A stretch of DNA of 64,000 nucleotides from Podarcis cretensis (lineage: Eukaryota). Below the pieces are notes generated by a model. That model made no database searches, was not told where the DNA came from, and was given only the letters and a program-made list of their open reading frames with translations. Every line of letters begins with the position of its first letter. Position 1 is the stretch's first letter. The stretch is from contig OX638150.1 of NCBI GenBank assembly GCA_951804945.1, forward strand, positions 42,656,001 through 42,720,000. The letters run 5' to 3'. A program made the translations under genes and the position numbers. Below are positions 1 to 13,200 of this stretch, piece by piece.

Positions 1-1686
1 AGAAAGGGTAATGATGTCCCATAGATAACCTCTGCCTGAAATCAGGGATGACATGTCCTTCTGGACAAGCAAGTCCTTTCCAAGGGTACCTGAAGAGTTT
101 GGACTTCTTGCGGGTGGAGGGCCTCTATGTTTCTCCTTTTTAGCAAGAACTTGGTGCAGTTCCCAAACCAGCAACAGTAGGTCCTACTGGAATTTCTGCT
201 TTCCTGTTATTTCTCACTGTTGCTGTCCTCGTCTCTCTTCATAGAACCTCAACTTTTTAAACTCTAGTTTTGTGTAGAAATAACAAGCATTCATTTTTAT
301 TTGGATCCCAGGCTGAGCAGAGTCTGGAGGCAAATTACCTTTTAACTTTTTCAATGGGCATATTCTGGTTATTACTGTACCTAGGAATATGTATATTAGA
401 TTAAACCTGTTCTGGAAACAAAAGGAGAATCCTGAGTGTGTGCTTTTCTGGTTGTATACTTACATGGAAGGTGGAGAATGTGTTGTGGTTTCTATAGAGA
501 GGTGTCCCAAGAGCTGCCAGTGGATGTGGAAGCTGTTTCCTGGAGAAACCTTAGGCTCCATCACTCCAGGATAAACTGAAACTAGCAGACTCACTGTCTT
601 GGTAAGGTGTACTTTAAAAGTGTATTGCTGTATAAGCTTCTTTTAAAAATTGCTTTTATTTTCCCTATGTTGAATGTATTTCCCACATCTCACCTCGTCT
701 CTGGCAATACAGTCTGAGCCCCAACTCATACAGAACTTACGTAGAACAGATACTGAAATCCTTGTATCAAAGTGTGTCATCACTGTTGTGGGCGCCTATT
801 CTGCCATGTACAACTTCTTCCTCTGTTTCGGATTTTTAAAACAATTTCTTTTTATATGCTTTGGTCTCCCATAGCAGGCTGAGCAGCAGTCATGTTATGA
901 AACCAAAGTCACAACTCTAAGCTTTTTTTATTCAGCACAGAAGAATGTCCCAGCACAAGACGGTGTAACAGCATCACCATATGTTGCACTGGGTTCCTCT
1001 TAGACCAAAGCAGGGGTTTAAACCTTGATTTCAGCCCAGGCATTCAGTATAAAGGTATGTGGAAATCTTGCAGCACAGAACGATCCTCACCATATATAAC
1101 TGGGCCAGTTTCCAGAGCAGGGACTAATATGACAATATAGTTCCAAACATTACATAACTCCCTGTGCTAAGAGCTGCCTCCCCAAAACTGTGTGTGGAGG
1201 GTGTTATTACACCTGTCACTACTTTAAATTAAGGAGTAGCAATAGCACCATAGCTTTCCAGCCAGCTTCATTCTGACTGTCCTAAAAAATGGAAGAAGTG
1301 GGTAGCACAGTGTGTCTTGCATGCAACCATCCCTATTGCTTTCTTTTAATCAAAGGCCATGAAGGATGCATGCATAGTTGATTCTGCCTTGTTTCCATTC
1401 CCTCTCCCATCCGAGATGTGTTCTTCCTTAGCATCATATCTGATTGAAAAGTATTCCATGAGAGTGGTAGCAGGGAAATGCTGCTTGGCAGCTACCATGT
1501 GCCAGATACTATCCATGTTCTCCCCATCTATTAACTACCAGGGAAGCATTACACCTCTGCTTTTCATTGTACAGTGGCTTTCACTTCTAAGTGCATTAAA
1601 GGCAACTGAAAGCCTCTAGCTTAAATAATTGGCTGCTTGGTTCAAATCAATATGTATAATCCAGCTCTCCCTTAACCCCTTAGGAT

Positions 1687-2127
1687 TGTCAGGACAGAGT
1701 GCTGCAGTGACCTTAGTCACCCCAACAGACAGATTTGCCTCTAAGGCAGTCTAGTGACAGTGTCCATTAGCCATCTTGTCTCCTGACCAGGCTGCGTAGT
1801 ACACCTGTCTCCTCTACCTGATCTGATCTCTACCTTCACCTCCTGATCTGAGATACCGTCCCTCCTGCATACAACTCCTGATCCTAAACATTGTGAAATT
1901 TATTCAGAGTTCCCTCTGTGATTGGACCCTTTGTGTGTTAAGTTCATGTCTCATCTCAAGTCACTTAGCCTTCCTTCAAGTTCTTCATTGTCATTCGCTT
2001 CCCAACTGTGTGAGCCTTACCTTCAGCATTGTAGCCTCAGGCCTCCCTATTCCTCAGATTCCTTGTATCTTGGGACTTCTGCTACCACCTGTCCCGAAGA
2101 GAGGTTCTACTTTCCTCCAAACTGACA
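1687..2127. mobile_element. Possible old Gypsy-type solo LTR
   Basis: TGTCAG…CTGACA inverted termini; no clear TSD. Confidence 0.35.
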
Positions 2128-2644
2128 ACATTCCCCTTCCTTACAGGAGTAGCAATGCAAGCTGTTTGGTTCCTTGAACAACTGGAATTGTATGCTGCCA
2201 CATTAACCCAACCAATTAATGCCAGAGGTTTCACTGCCTAAAGCACAATATAATCAGTTTGGTTAAGCAGTTGCGGTTTTTTTAATCTACTGATAGGTTC
2301 CCCAGTAAATTGGTTAGCAGACTGTGAGGGGAAAAGTGATACTTTTAATAATTAGCTTAGAACTGCAGGCAGCAAGCACCATTTTATAAGAAGCATTCTT
2401 CCTTATGACCAGAAAGAATGCTTCTTTTAAGATGCTTGATATCATGTATGTGTGCATCATCTTTAAAACAAAGCATGCTTTTTGTTTCAGGGATATTTTT
2501 TTTACAAATATGCAAATTTTCATTAATTGATTTAATCAAGTAAAACTTGTATAGCCAATTAGTTTACATTTATTTAACTGGGTTGCATTTGCAACTTTGG
2601 AATCTTTCAAATTGATTCCTCCCTTTTGCCAGTACTCTTGATAT

Positions 2645-2646
<2 letters not shown>

Positions 2647-2675
<29 letters not shown>
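2647..2675. repeat. poly(T) run
   Basis: Seen directly. Confidence 0.95.
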
Positions 2676-5600
2676 GGAGTTGAGCCAACTATGTGTTCCT
2701 TTGAAAGGGCCTGCCTCACTAATAAAGTTTGATGTTCCAGTAGGCAAAGATCTTATTCCTGTTAGAGGGTGGGTTTTTTTGGTAATTATTATACAAGCTG
2801 CCCTTTATTATGTTTGTTCCAAGAAGCATTGCATTCAACCTTTTATCAAATTATCTGTAGATGGGAATAAAACTCTTGATTGCCTTATCTTAAAGGGGCA
2901 AAGCCCATGAATTATGCAGATTTAAATAGTTGAGAAGGGAGATCACAGGGAAATATGGAATTTTCTGTGAGATAGTTCAGGACCACATTTTTTTTTCTGA
3001 AAAGGCTTAGTTTGCGCTACTTACAGGTGTGGGGGCAGAGAAGTTACAGCATTATGTTTGTTTAGCCAGGGAGCATTATGCTCATTCTGTCCCTGCAATC
3101 AGATATTGATATAGCCTGTTTCAGACCATTTCCAATGGGTCTTTAATAACAATTTCACCCTCAATTGCACCGTAAAATGTTGGACATGATGTTTCCATTT
3201 TCTCCAATCTTCAAACAAAGGAACAGACATAGGAAACTGACTTAGACTGAGACCATCTAGCTCAGTAGAGTTGTCTGCCAGGATAAACTTGGAACCTTTT
3301 GCAGGCAAAGCAGATGCTCTACCACAAGCTAACATTGTGATACAAATGTTGCATTTTTTTCTCATCTTGTTAAATGAAGTAAAAACAAGGGTGTTAACTG
3401 ATGTAGAGTAGTGGTTCATGCTGCATTGTGGCATGATAGGAGACAATGTTAATATCACACTCTAGCAACTTACATGATTAGCTATACTTGGAAATCAAAC
3501 TCCTTAATGAGTCTATAACAAGGTCTTGGGTTTTTTGCTAAGGCTTGTACTTTTTCAGAAGTCTGAGAATATCCCTTCCCAGTTGTCCGGATGGAGATAA
3601 AGATCTTCAGTGAGCCCTTAGCTTAAGCCCTCTTCAACACTAAAAGACCCACATACTCAAGAGGCTCTGCTCTTCTTTGGGTGCAGGAAATTTCATCCAG
3701 GATGCCACACTCCTGGAACAGTAGAGTACTTCACCTGGGAGAAAAATTCCTTGTAGGCTGAAGCTAGAGGCTCGTAGACACAATACTGTACATATTTCTG
3801 CTATAATCTACATTAATGGAATAAAAGATGAACATAAACCAAGGGACAAGGAATGACTTGCTTGGTCTACTCCACTGGAGTCAGGCCATTATGGCATTTG
3901 CAGCAGCTCTGAGACCCTGCAGGAGAAAGATGAAACAAAAACATGTTCATACTAATGGAGCCATGAGGCAGGAGATCTTGCAACAGCTTAAACATAGGCC
4001 AATTTGTTTTTAAAGTTTTAGGAATTACTATTTTCTTCAGCACACCAAGGACAATATAAGGGTTGAGTGAATGAAATGGTTTCAAACAATTTAAGGCAAT
4101 GCATGAATTTGTTAGTTCACTGTTGATACTTGGCTGTACAGAAGAGGATGAAGTTGAGTTTTGTAGAAAAGAGTTGAAATTGGCACAGCCTACTAAAATA
4201 CAAGGTAAAGGTGCTTGCATGTATGATTGGCACCACTGCTGGAACACAATTCTAATCTAGTAATGTAAAACAACTATCAGAGTCTACGCCAAATGGATTA
4301 AAGTCAGGAAATCTGCCCCATAGAGAAAGCCACCAGTAGACTGATAATGTAAGTAAAGCAGGATTTTGTTTAGAAACAAAATACCAGTATCTGAGAGATT
4401 GCTTCATACTATGGCTCAAGCCTAGAGCATACTCAGAAGTTTAGGATCATAAGCAGGGCACCCAACAGCTCAAATCATGCCATGCCAACTAATGGATTCT
4501 TGGAAAGTCATAATCTAGAGTGTGTTACTTACCCAGGGCTGCTTAATAGTGCCTACAAAAGTGCCTTTGCTATGAGTATTAGCATCATGTGGTAGATGTT
4601 TTATTCTTGCCCTCAGCATTATTCTGTATGTGCAAGCTGGTGCGAATGAGACACTGGTAAAATCTATCTATTCAATTTGTCCTTTTTTAATAACAAGTGA
4701 CTGTAAGCAGAATAACTATTTTTGCCTGTGGCAACATTCATAAATCAAATTGCGCCATCAAGCAGTTATCCACTTTGTAGTTTAATCTTTTGTCAGTTCC
4801 TCTATTCTGACCTTCTGGTGTCCAATTTCTGAGTTTATGAAGGAAACCTAGTAACTATATTTTGAATGTCTAATCCAAGAAACTGAGATGGTTCCAGTAC
4901 TAGCTAGGAAGCACCAAGCATTTTCAAATATGGTGGCAAAAAGGAACCCTCTCTGGTGTAGCTAAGTCCATAGCATTTTAGCTTTAGATGTTTATTAGCA
5001 TTTCGAAATCCAGCTGTTATGCAAATATTACTTTTAATTATCAAATATTTATGTGTTAAAATCATAGAGTTAGAGGAGACCATCTCTCTGTTCTTCATAT
5101 TTCTCTGAAAATTAAAAGGCAGACACTTTGCCAAGGGCTTATGTTCAAGATAAAGTACAGTACTGATTGACTAAGTGTTGGTTCTAATTCAGAATAATCA
5201 GACATGGTGTAATATATATAGCTATACATTATCAAAGGTGATAAGTGTTCAAAACACTTGGTTTCAATAATGTAATCTTGCAAGATAGGCTGATATTCAT
5301 ATATTACAACTGTAGCTCTGAGGTGAAGCAAGAGCCAAGGAGTGAATTCATGGCTGAGGTTAGAAACAACTGTGATATTGCAGCTTGCCCCGCTTCAGGC
5401 AACTCACTTTCCATTTGAATCTTGTTCAAACCAGAATCTCTCTTCAAATGCTTTTGCTTCTAGAAAAGAATACTGCATTGCAGCAACCATAACTTAAAAG
5501 TGTAATGGGATGGTGGCAAGAGGACTTTTACCTAACCTCTGATACCATCCTTCATGGAATAAAGTGGCCAAGCATTGTCTATATTCAAGGTGTTTGGTAT

Positions 5601-6179
5601 TCTGAACCTCATCAGTGAAGAAGCACCAGCTTCCACGCTGGGAGGCATTGGTTTGCATATTACCACCTTTTCAGCAACTTTAGCCCTGTCTTCACATCCC
5701 GTCAGTTAGGTCCAGTTTGATACGATGCAGGTGGTTGCACTGGCTCCACCAGTTGCATTGGCGGGCTGTCAAATCATTATTATTTTGTGTGTGGGTGAGA
5801 GGGAAATCTGACCTGATCTTTCTTTCTTTCTATTTAGAAGAAACCGTTTATGTGCTCGATCGTACACTGATGTTTTTCACTGAGAGGAGCACAGTTGCTA
5901 CATCAACTTTACATTTGGGGAAGCAGGCTACACCATGGTGTCGTGCCGCTCTTTGCTCTGTCCCCCTCATAAGGGACACGCCGCCATAGCAGTTCAGGCA
6001 ACTGACACTCGAGCTGTCCTGCCCCCTCGGTATTTAAATTCCGATGCCGCAGCTTGAAGACGTGGGGAGGGGAGACTATCCATAACAAGGCGCTGTAAAA
6101 TGGTAGTCGTTGTGCCTCCTGAGCTTCCGTAGCCCGTCATATTGGGAAGAAGTTGAATTCCTTCCAGTTTATCTCGTTG

Positions 6180-7220
6180 ATTATTCCCCCGCCCTCAGTC
6201 CACCCCCGTCCCCAGCGCGAGAGAGAGACGAACTAAGCTTCTCTCTTTCTGACCAATAGGAGCAGCTGGTTGGTCCCGCCTCCTGAAAGGTGCGCAACAA
6301 GAGAAAGCGGACGCGCTGCATACTTGGGGACAATGAGTACAAATTAGTGCCCGCCGTTGCGCCGCTCCTCATGAGTGATAACCGCTTAGACCCAATGACC
6401 TCTTGGAAATCTCTAGCTGGTGCTGTTATTCGCTGACGGAACATGATTGGCATCCGCAATTGCCTTATAGGTTAACCGAAGTGGTTCTGATCGATGCCTC
6501 CCGCCTCTAATGAAATACGAGGGCTCTAGGCCTCTGCTCCCAATAGCGTGCGAGGGGGGGCGGAACTAACCGCCGTAACCGCCAATGGCTGACCGGCTAG
6601 GTGAGCGAGCGCGGCCAACAGTGTCGGGAGGCGGGGCTAGCAAGCTGCCGTTGCCGTCTGGCGCAGGAGGTAACGGGTGTGAGGAGTGTGGGTTTGTAGT
6701 GGAGCCGCCACCGCCATCATGAGCTATTCAGGTGAGCGTCGGGGGCCGGGGGAGGGGGGGGGAGAGGGCGGCCGCCTGTCGGGCGTGAGGGTGGGGGGCC
6801 GGGTTCCTCCCACCCACCGCGAGTGGGCCAAAGGGAGCGCAGGGCCCGGCCCTGTGTCAACATCTCGGGGGGTGGGGTCAGCAGCGCTGCCTTTCCCTTC
6901 TCTCCTGGCAACGCTGTGCAAACCCCCGTTCCCCGCGGGGGTGGGTTGCTGAGGTGTTTGCCAGGCGTCGTTTTCCCGTTGCTCCCGCCAAATAAAGAAA
7001 TGGCGCGTGGGGGGCGGGGAGGTTCTTGGACGGTTTCAGGCTGTGCGCGCAGGGTGCGCCGCCCTCCTCAGCCGCCCGCCCCTCGTTGTGCGAATGGGAT
7101 CGGGGAAAGGTGAATGTCAGCATTGCTCCTCCGCGCCCGCCGCCTCAGAATCGGGGTGGGAGGGAAGGAAGGAGGGATGAATCTTTGCGTCTCTGCCGTC
7201 TTTGCACACGCGCACCCCAC
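6180..7220 (+). promoter_or_regulatory. AKAP8L: CpG-island promoter of AKAP8L
   Basis: GC/CpG-rich segment in an AT-rich background; several CCAAT boxes (~6253, 6392, 6540, 6582), GC boxes (~6557, ~6630), Kozak-like GCCATCATG at 6719. Confidence 0.85.
6719..6731 (+). CDS. AKAP8L: AKAP8L coding exon 1 (MSYS)
   Basis: ATGAGCTATTCAG|gtgagc. Confidence 0.9.
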
Positions 7221-10200
7221 TGCTTGGTATTTGCGAGCTGTTATAATAGGAGTGGGTGTGGGAAGGTGGCGCAGGAAGAAAAAAAAAGGGGGGGAACCTT
7301 CCCCCGTGTCCGATCGGTTATGGCTTCCCTTGGAATAACTGCCATTGTTTCCCCCTTGCTGAACCACCAACTAACACTCTTTGGGATTTAGAAAGGCTGT
7401 TTGCCAAAGAGGAGTTGCTTTCTAAATAAAATAAAATAAAAACGCGAACGTGGCATCTCCCCTTGAATCCTAGCTGCCCGCTGTTCGTTTAGGTTTATGC
7501 ATGCGCGATGTTATACGGCTATCAGAACTTGCGGTGTCAACATTTGCCTTTCTTGCCCTTTGGTTATGTCACTTCCTAATTCCCATATGTGACAGATGCA
7601 GGTGGTATTCATTCCCTCAGCATGTACCATGGTCAATATTTTTCTCAGTCATTAATATTTTTATCAAAGGTAAAGGTAAAAATAGAGTATGGAGTTCTCT
7701 CAAAGGTAGTTCTTAACCCTTACCACCCACATAAGATAGTAGCTTCTCCCAGTTCTCACCTGAGATCTTTCCTTTCTCCTCCCAGCCACTCACTCTGCGA
7801 GACCAACATTTCCCTGATCAATGTTTTTCTAACTAACCTCAATTAGTCATATTTTTGGCTTCAAATGTTTGAGTAGGGACTTGATACTGGAATGTGAGAA
7901 GCATGGGTTCTGTCCAGCTGCATGTCTGGAGTTCTACTTGCTCTGGAGGAGGTTCTGAGGGTGGGGAGATTGCAGGAGAGAGGAGGGGGAAGTTCTGGTG
8001 TGCAAGCAGAAGTCTACTGTGCTAGTGAAATAGCAGTACTGGAAATACTGTAATACTATATTTCTGTGAAGTTTTGACACGTTATCTTTGTTATGAAATA
8101 AAGATACTTTAGATTTTAATGATATGCCTAATTTGATGATTATCTGAGGAGTTAATCACTCCTGTTTTGATTTCAAATGGGTTATGATAGTTAAATGGAA
8201 AATGTTATTAGTGAGCAAGGTGCCGGGCTTACTTTGCACCAGGAAGTGAACACTAGGAATACAAATGGGTGAAAGCATATGTAGTGTGCTTCTCACTGTG
8301 AACAGAGTGCTCCTGAGTAAAAGCAGTCATCCCCTTACTTGAACAAATTAAGATTTTGGGCAAAAATGCTGAGCCACAATCACATACATACATACATCAA
8401 GTAAAGTCCATTGAACTCAATAGGTTTCTGAGACGTGCACTGTTAGTGGCCGTTTGTAGTGGCTATACAAGTTACTTGTACTGATTCTGATGTACTATAG
8501 GAGTTGTATTCTGTGTCCGCTAAATGGCTACAAAAGTTCTTGTGCCTCACGATATTGCTGTGTCTTCTGGACAAGCGCAGGTCCCTTAAGGTCTAATGCA
8601 TCTTTCAGTAAATATATTTTTGATTAATTATACAAATCTAGTTGTTCAGAATTGGTGTATTTTTCATCTTTAGTAAAAGGACTGTGTGCTAGGTTTCAGA
8701 GGACTACTGTTCTGGTACTAGTTCAACCTCTTTATAGGAGATTGTAGCAGTGATACATGCTTTACAGCTAGCCGTTGTAGCTCTTTGCTCCTTGTGGACT
8801 TTGATTCCTTTTAGAAGGGTAGTGTTGGAGTTAAAAGGCCTTAAGCAGCAATGTTCTGAATTAGTACCTAAATAGTAGTTATTGCTGCTTCAAGGTCAGT
8901 GCATTTTCATTTATAGTCTTGGTTTATGGAGAAGAAGGTGTCTGTTTATGTGCTCCTTCACACCTTCTGTGGGAATTCCCTATTATCCCCTTTTACCACG
9001 GTTCACATGTGATTGTTAGTGATTCTGCTAATGGATGTTCCAAGGAACTGTTAGGCGCTCCCTTAGTAACAGTTACAAAAAATAAATGAGGATAGAGAAG
9101 GGATGATGTGTGAGATGGGAGAGACAAGGAGCATGTGATCCTGTGGCCTACTCCTGATCTCTAAACTATAGTTGTACGTTACATATATACTGGCCTACAA
9201 ATGATTACTCACTCCCTAATATTCCAAGCTAATGTAAATTAGCAATAATCCTTTTCTTATTTACTTCTGGTCAGAGTGCTTTGAAATGGAGATTTCACTG
9301 GATGCAGTTGAACTTGTAATCCTTATGCTATTGATTTAAACAGGATTGATTCATGACATTATCATTGAGCCTATTTTTGTGTAGTAGTCCCCACTATTCG
9401 GGCAGGTGAAGCAGGTCTGAAGGGGATATTGATATATATTTTCAGCAATGTCCTTATGAATGCTAAGTAATTCTGTCTGAGCCTTACTTTTATCAGACTA
9501 CAATAAAGTAATTAAAAACAATCATCCTAGTGTTGTGCCAGTTTGAGAATTTTCATGTACATGAGTATATGTGTGCTGTAGAATGTGTAAGAGATTCATG
9601 ACAGAAATGAAAGAGAAACTTTTCGATAAAGTTGGAATACTGAGGGCAATGTTGACAGGAGGCTGAGGGATGGAAAATGTGCATTTTAAATGGCTTAAAC
9701 AACCTTTTATTAATTGATAGTTTTTTAATTTAATAAACTATAAATTGAAAAATGAGATGCCATAGGTTACTAGTGGGATACATTCACAAGATGTTGCAGG
9801 CTGATAGGTCTCAATAGCTTTGTAATGTTTTTGCTCTGTATTGCTAAGGTATAAAAGCTTTGTTTGGATGCTTTCAGAAGTGCCTTCAGAAGTGCTGGAT
9901 TCTTAGGATTCTGCTATCTCAACATACCATACCACCCTTTCCTACCCCCCCCCCATGCTGTCTATAAACATAGCCTGGGATTTCCTTTGAGTGGCAGTGC
10001 TTGCCATAGTTGTTTAAGTCTGTGTAACTCAAGGTTAGCCTATCATTATTAGCAACAAGAGTACACACCAGATGAGAGGGTTCTACAAAATAATGTAGAC
10101 TGCAGGTTAGACCATGGGCAGTGCAGATAGCACATTCCATCTGTCCACAGATCAAAAAAATGTCAATTACAAGCTGTCAGATGAAATGAAGTTAGGTCAA

Positions 10201-13200
10201 TTTTTGTTAAACTTTTTTCTTGTGATTTAACTGTCATTCAATGAATATTCATGCCAGGTCTGCTTAGTATTTTGAATAGTACTTTGGGTAGAATGATAAT
10301 AACCTTATAACTAACATGATTTTTTACCTCTGGGGTATCTTCTTTCTAGGTTATGGAAACTGGAACTCTGGCACAAATAGAGGCAAGTACCATAAAACCT
10401 TAGTTGACTGCCAATATGCATAACAGTTAAATCAAAAAGTAAATTCAGAACTAATGTTGAAATGTAACGGTTTTCACAGTTTTGGTGTATTTCCTCCTTT
10501 TAATATCTTCTGGCACTCATGCTCCTTTTATCCATCAATATCGTTAAGTCAGAGTTTATGTTACAGTTTCTGGCCCTGTCAGTGAGACTACTGCGGATTC
10601 TTACTTATGGCTGATATTTGATCATCTGTATGTCTAATTTGGGCATTAATTTATCTCCTTTCACCTCCTACATGCTAACAATCATATTCATGTTAACTCA
10701 GAAATAGCCCAATTACTTCATTGAGATTTATCACAAGAAATGTGCATAGCATTATAGCCAAATTCCGCTTGCTTGCTAGCTCTTTTCCAAATGTTCAAAG
10801 AATAACAAAGCATCATGAACTTTCATAGGAATTTAGATATTTCAGATGAAATACTATATAGAGTTTGGGGGGAGTATGCCCCACTAAATTACCGGTAAAT
10901 GGGATTACTTCCGAATAACCATATTTAGGATCAAACTGTTAAGCTGTAATTGTATAAACAGCAGGAATTCAACCCCTTGGAACAGAATGGGATGATTTCC
11001 AGTAAACATGTATAGGACGCAGTGTTAGTTTCAAATTATGAAGTGTGGGTAACAATGGAGTATATAAATCATGGAAGGCATGCTGGGGATCCAGTTCTGC
11101 ATTGTATTCTGCAGTCCAATTACTATTGTAAATGGCTTTGGGATGCCTGATGGGAAGCAATTCATAAATGAAATAAATTATAAGTAGTCAGTACTATTAG
11201 CTTGAATAACTTTATTTTACTGGATGTGATGAATTTTCATTTCCACCCTTAATCAGTTTTAATTCTAAATTTGTGTCCTTACAGTATTGTGTGAAGATGA
11301 AATATGGTGTCTTGCAATTAGGTTCTCTTCTTATTGACACTGTTGTGCCACTTGCTAGAATTTTTTAAGTGATTTGAGAATATTTTATTGGCTACCCACA
11401 AATTCAGCAGATTTCTTATGTAAATGACTAATTGTAGATGCTGGGGTAGGTGCTAAGTGTCTCTCCTGAAAACTCCCCCCCCCCAAAGAGAGGTGGACCA
11501 TTATCCAAGGTAAGATGTGCTGCTCATGGAGGCTGCCACCTTGGGCCTCTCTAGCAATCAGGATACACCTGACGGTATTGTTAATGGTGCTATAGTTGGA
11601 GGTAATACCAATGCGGTAGCAGCTGAGCCCTTTTGCAGATGAGATAAAAATGAAGGTTGACTTTAGCAGGAAATTTGCTATGTACTTTTTCCATAGGTAA
11701 GAAGTTTAATATTTGGTAGGAGTTCAGAAAATGTTTGTCCAGACATTTTAGACACAGCTATATCCTGAAGAGCATTCTTGACGGTGATAATCTTGCATTA
11801 GATGCTTATGTATGGCAGGCAATCTATGCTTACCAAAAAATTCAGTGACTGCTTCTCATTTCAGGTTACGAGGACTATAATTATGGATATGGATACAGTC
11901 AGGATAACTCTGGCAATTATGGGTACGGTATGGCCACTTCAAACTCTTGGGAAATGCCTAATTCAGATACAGACATGAACTATAACGCATCCACTGGCAC
12001 CAGTGCTGATGTAATAACAAAATTTAACAAGCGCTTAGATATGGTGTCTCATCTAGAAACTGACACGATGCAAGGAGGACATTATGGCTCAGGTGGAGAC
12101 AGGTGAGTGTAGAGACAAAGGTGAAAAGGTTCAGTAATAGTTATAGATCAGGGCAGTTTCTGAAAGACATGTTGATCTAATGTGCTGTTGCCTAAGAGCT
12201 GTTCCCTTTGTTCTCCGACTGATAGTATTGGTCTTTGCTTCATATCTTTGCTGTTGCTTATAGAGCTGGGGGGTGGGGAAGAGACAGAATTAGCCAAGTT
12301 GTACTTCCTCTGCCTTAGCTTTGAAAATAAGGTGCTTGTACAGTGGTACCTCAGGTTACAGACGCTTCAGGTTACAGACTCCGCTAACCCAGAAATAGTA
12401 CCTCAGGTTAAGAACTTTGCTTCAGGATGAGAATGTAAATCGCACCACAGCAGCAGCAGGAGGCCCCATTAGCTAAAGTGGTACCTCAGGTTAAGAACGG
12501 TTTCAGGTTAAGAACAGACCTCCAGAACGAATTAAGTTCTTAACCCAAGGTACCACTGTAAGCATCTTTTAGTGAGGAAAGTTTGTTAATACTGTAACAG
12601 TTGATAAATTAATTGTAATGAAATAGTCTGAAAGAATAGCAGGTTTTAGAAATCTCATATAGTTTTGGATAGGTCACTATTTTCACAGAGTGTATGTAAG
12701 GTACCATCAATGTTAATGGGATATGTGTTTAGTTGGTTACCATAACTTAAGATTTTGCTCCAGCCAACTGAAACAGAAAATAAGTAAATAGAGAATTCTG
12801 TAGAATCTTTTCTCAGTACATTTCTCATCCCTAGAAGTCATTAATAAATTGCTTAAGTTATTGTTCATACATAAGGAAGTTAACTTTGGATTGTTGAAGT
12901 GACTAGTGCTTATTGCTGTTAAGCAGGATATACGGTATAAAAAGATGTCAGAAGTATTTGCTTCACACTTATACCTGAGATTTTAACAGTTTTAGAGACA
13001 TTGATTCCCAGACAGTTAGTGCACTTCACTAGAATGGCTATATTTAGGGTTTTATTGGTTGACAGTCCTGTTTCATGGATGCATTTCTAGAGGTCAGGTG
13101 AATGAACTATGTCTAAATAAATTGTATGTGTCATTCCCTCTGGGAAAGGTGTCAAGGGGTCACTGTATTATAACCCGTTTTGTGTACATTCATGCAGCTT

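Noticed and set aside
1-6100. 3' exons of WIZ, expected upstream by synteny
   Set aside because: No zinc-finger or other recognisable coding exon seen; cannot be supported from the sequence
12341-12558. Recurrent TCAGGTTA units resembling a CRISPR or iteron array
   Set aside because: Internal sub-repeats of a eukaryotic MITE; irregular spacing and no cas genes
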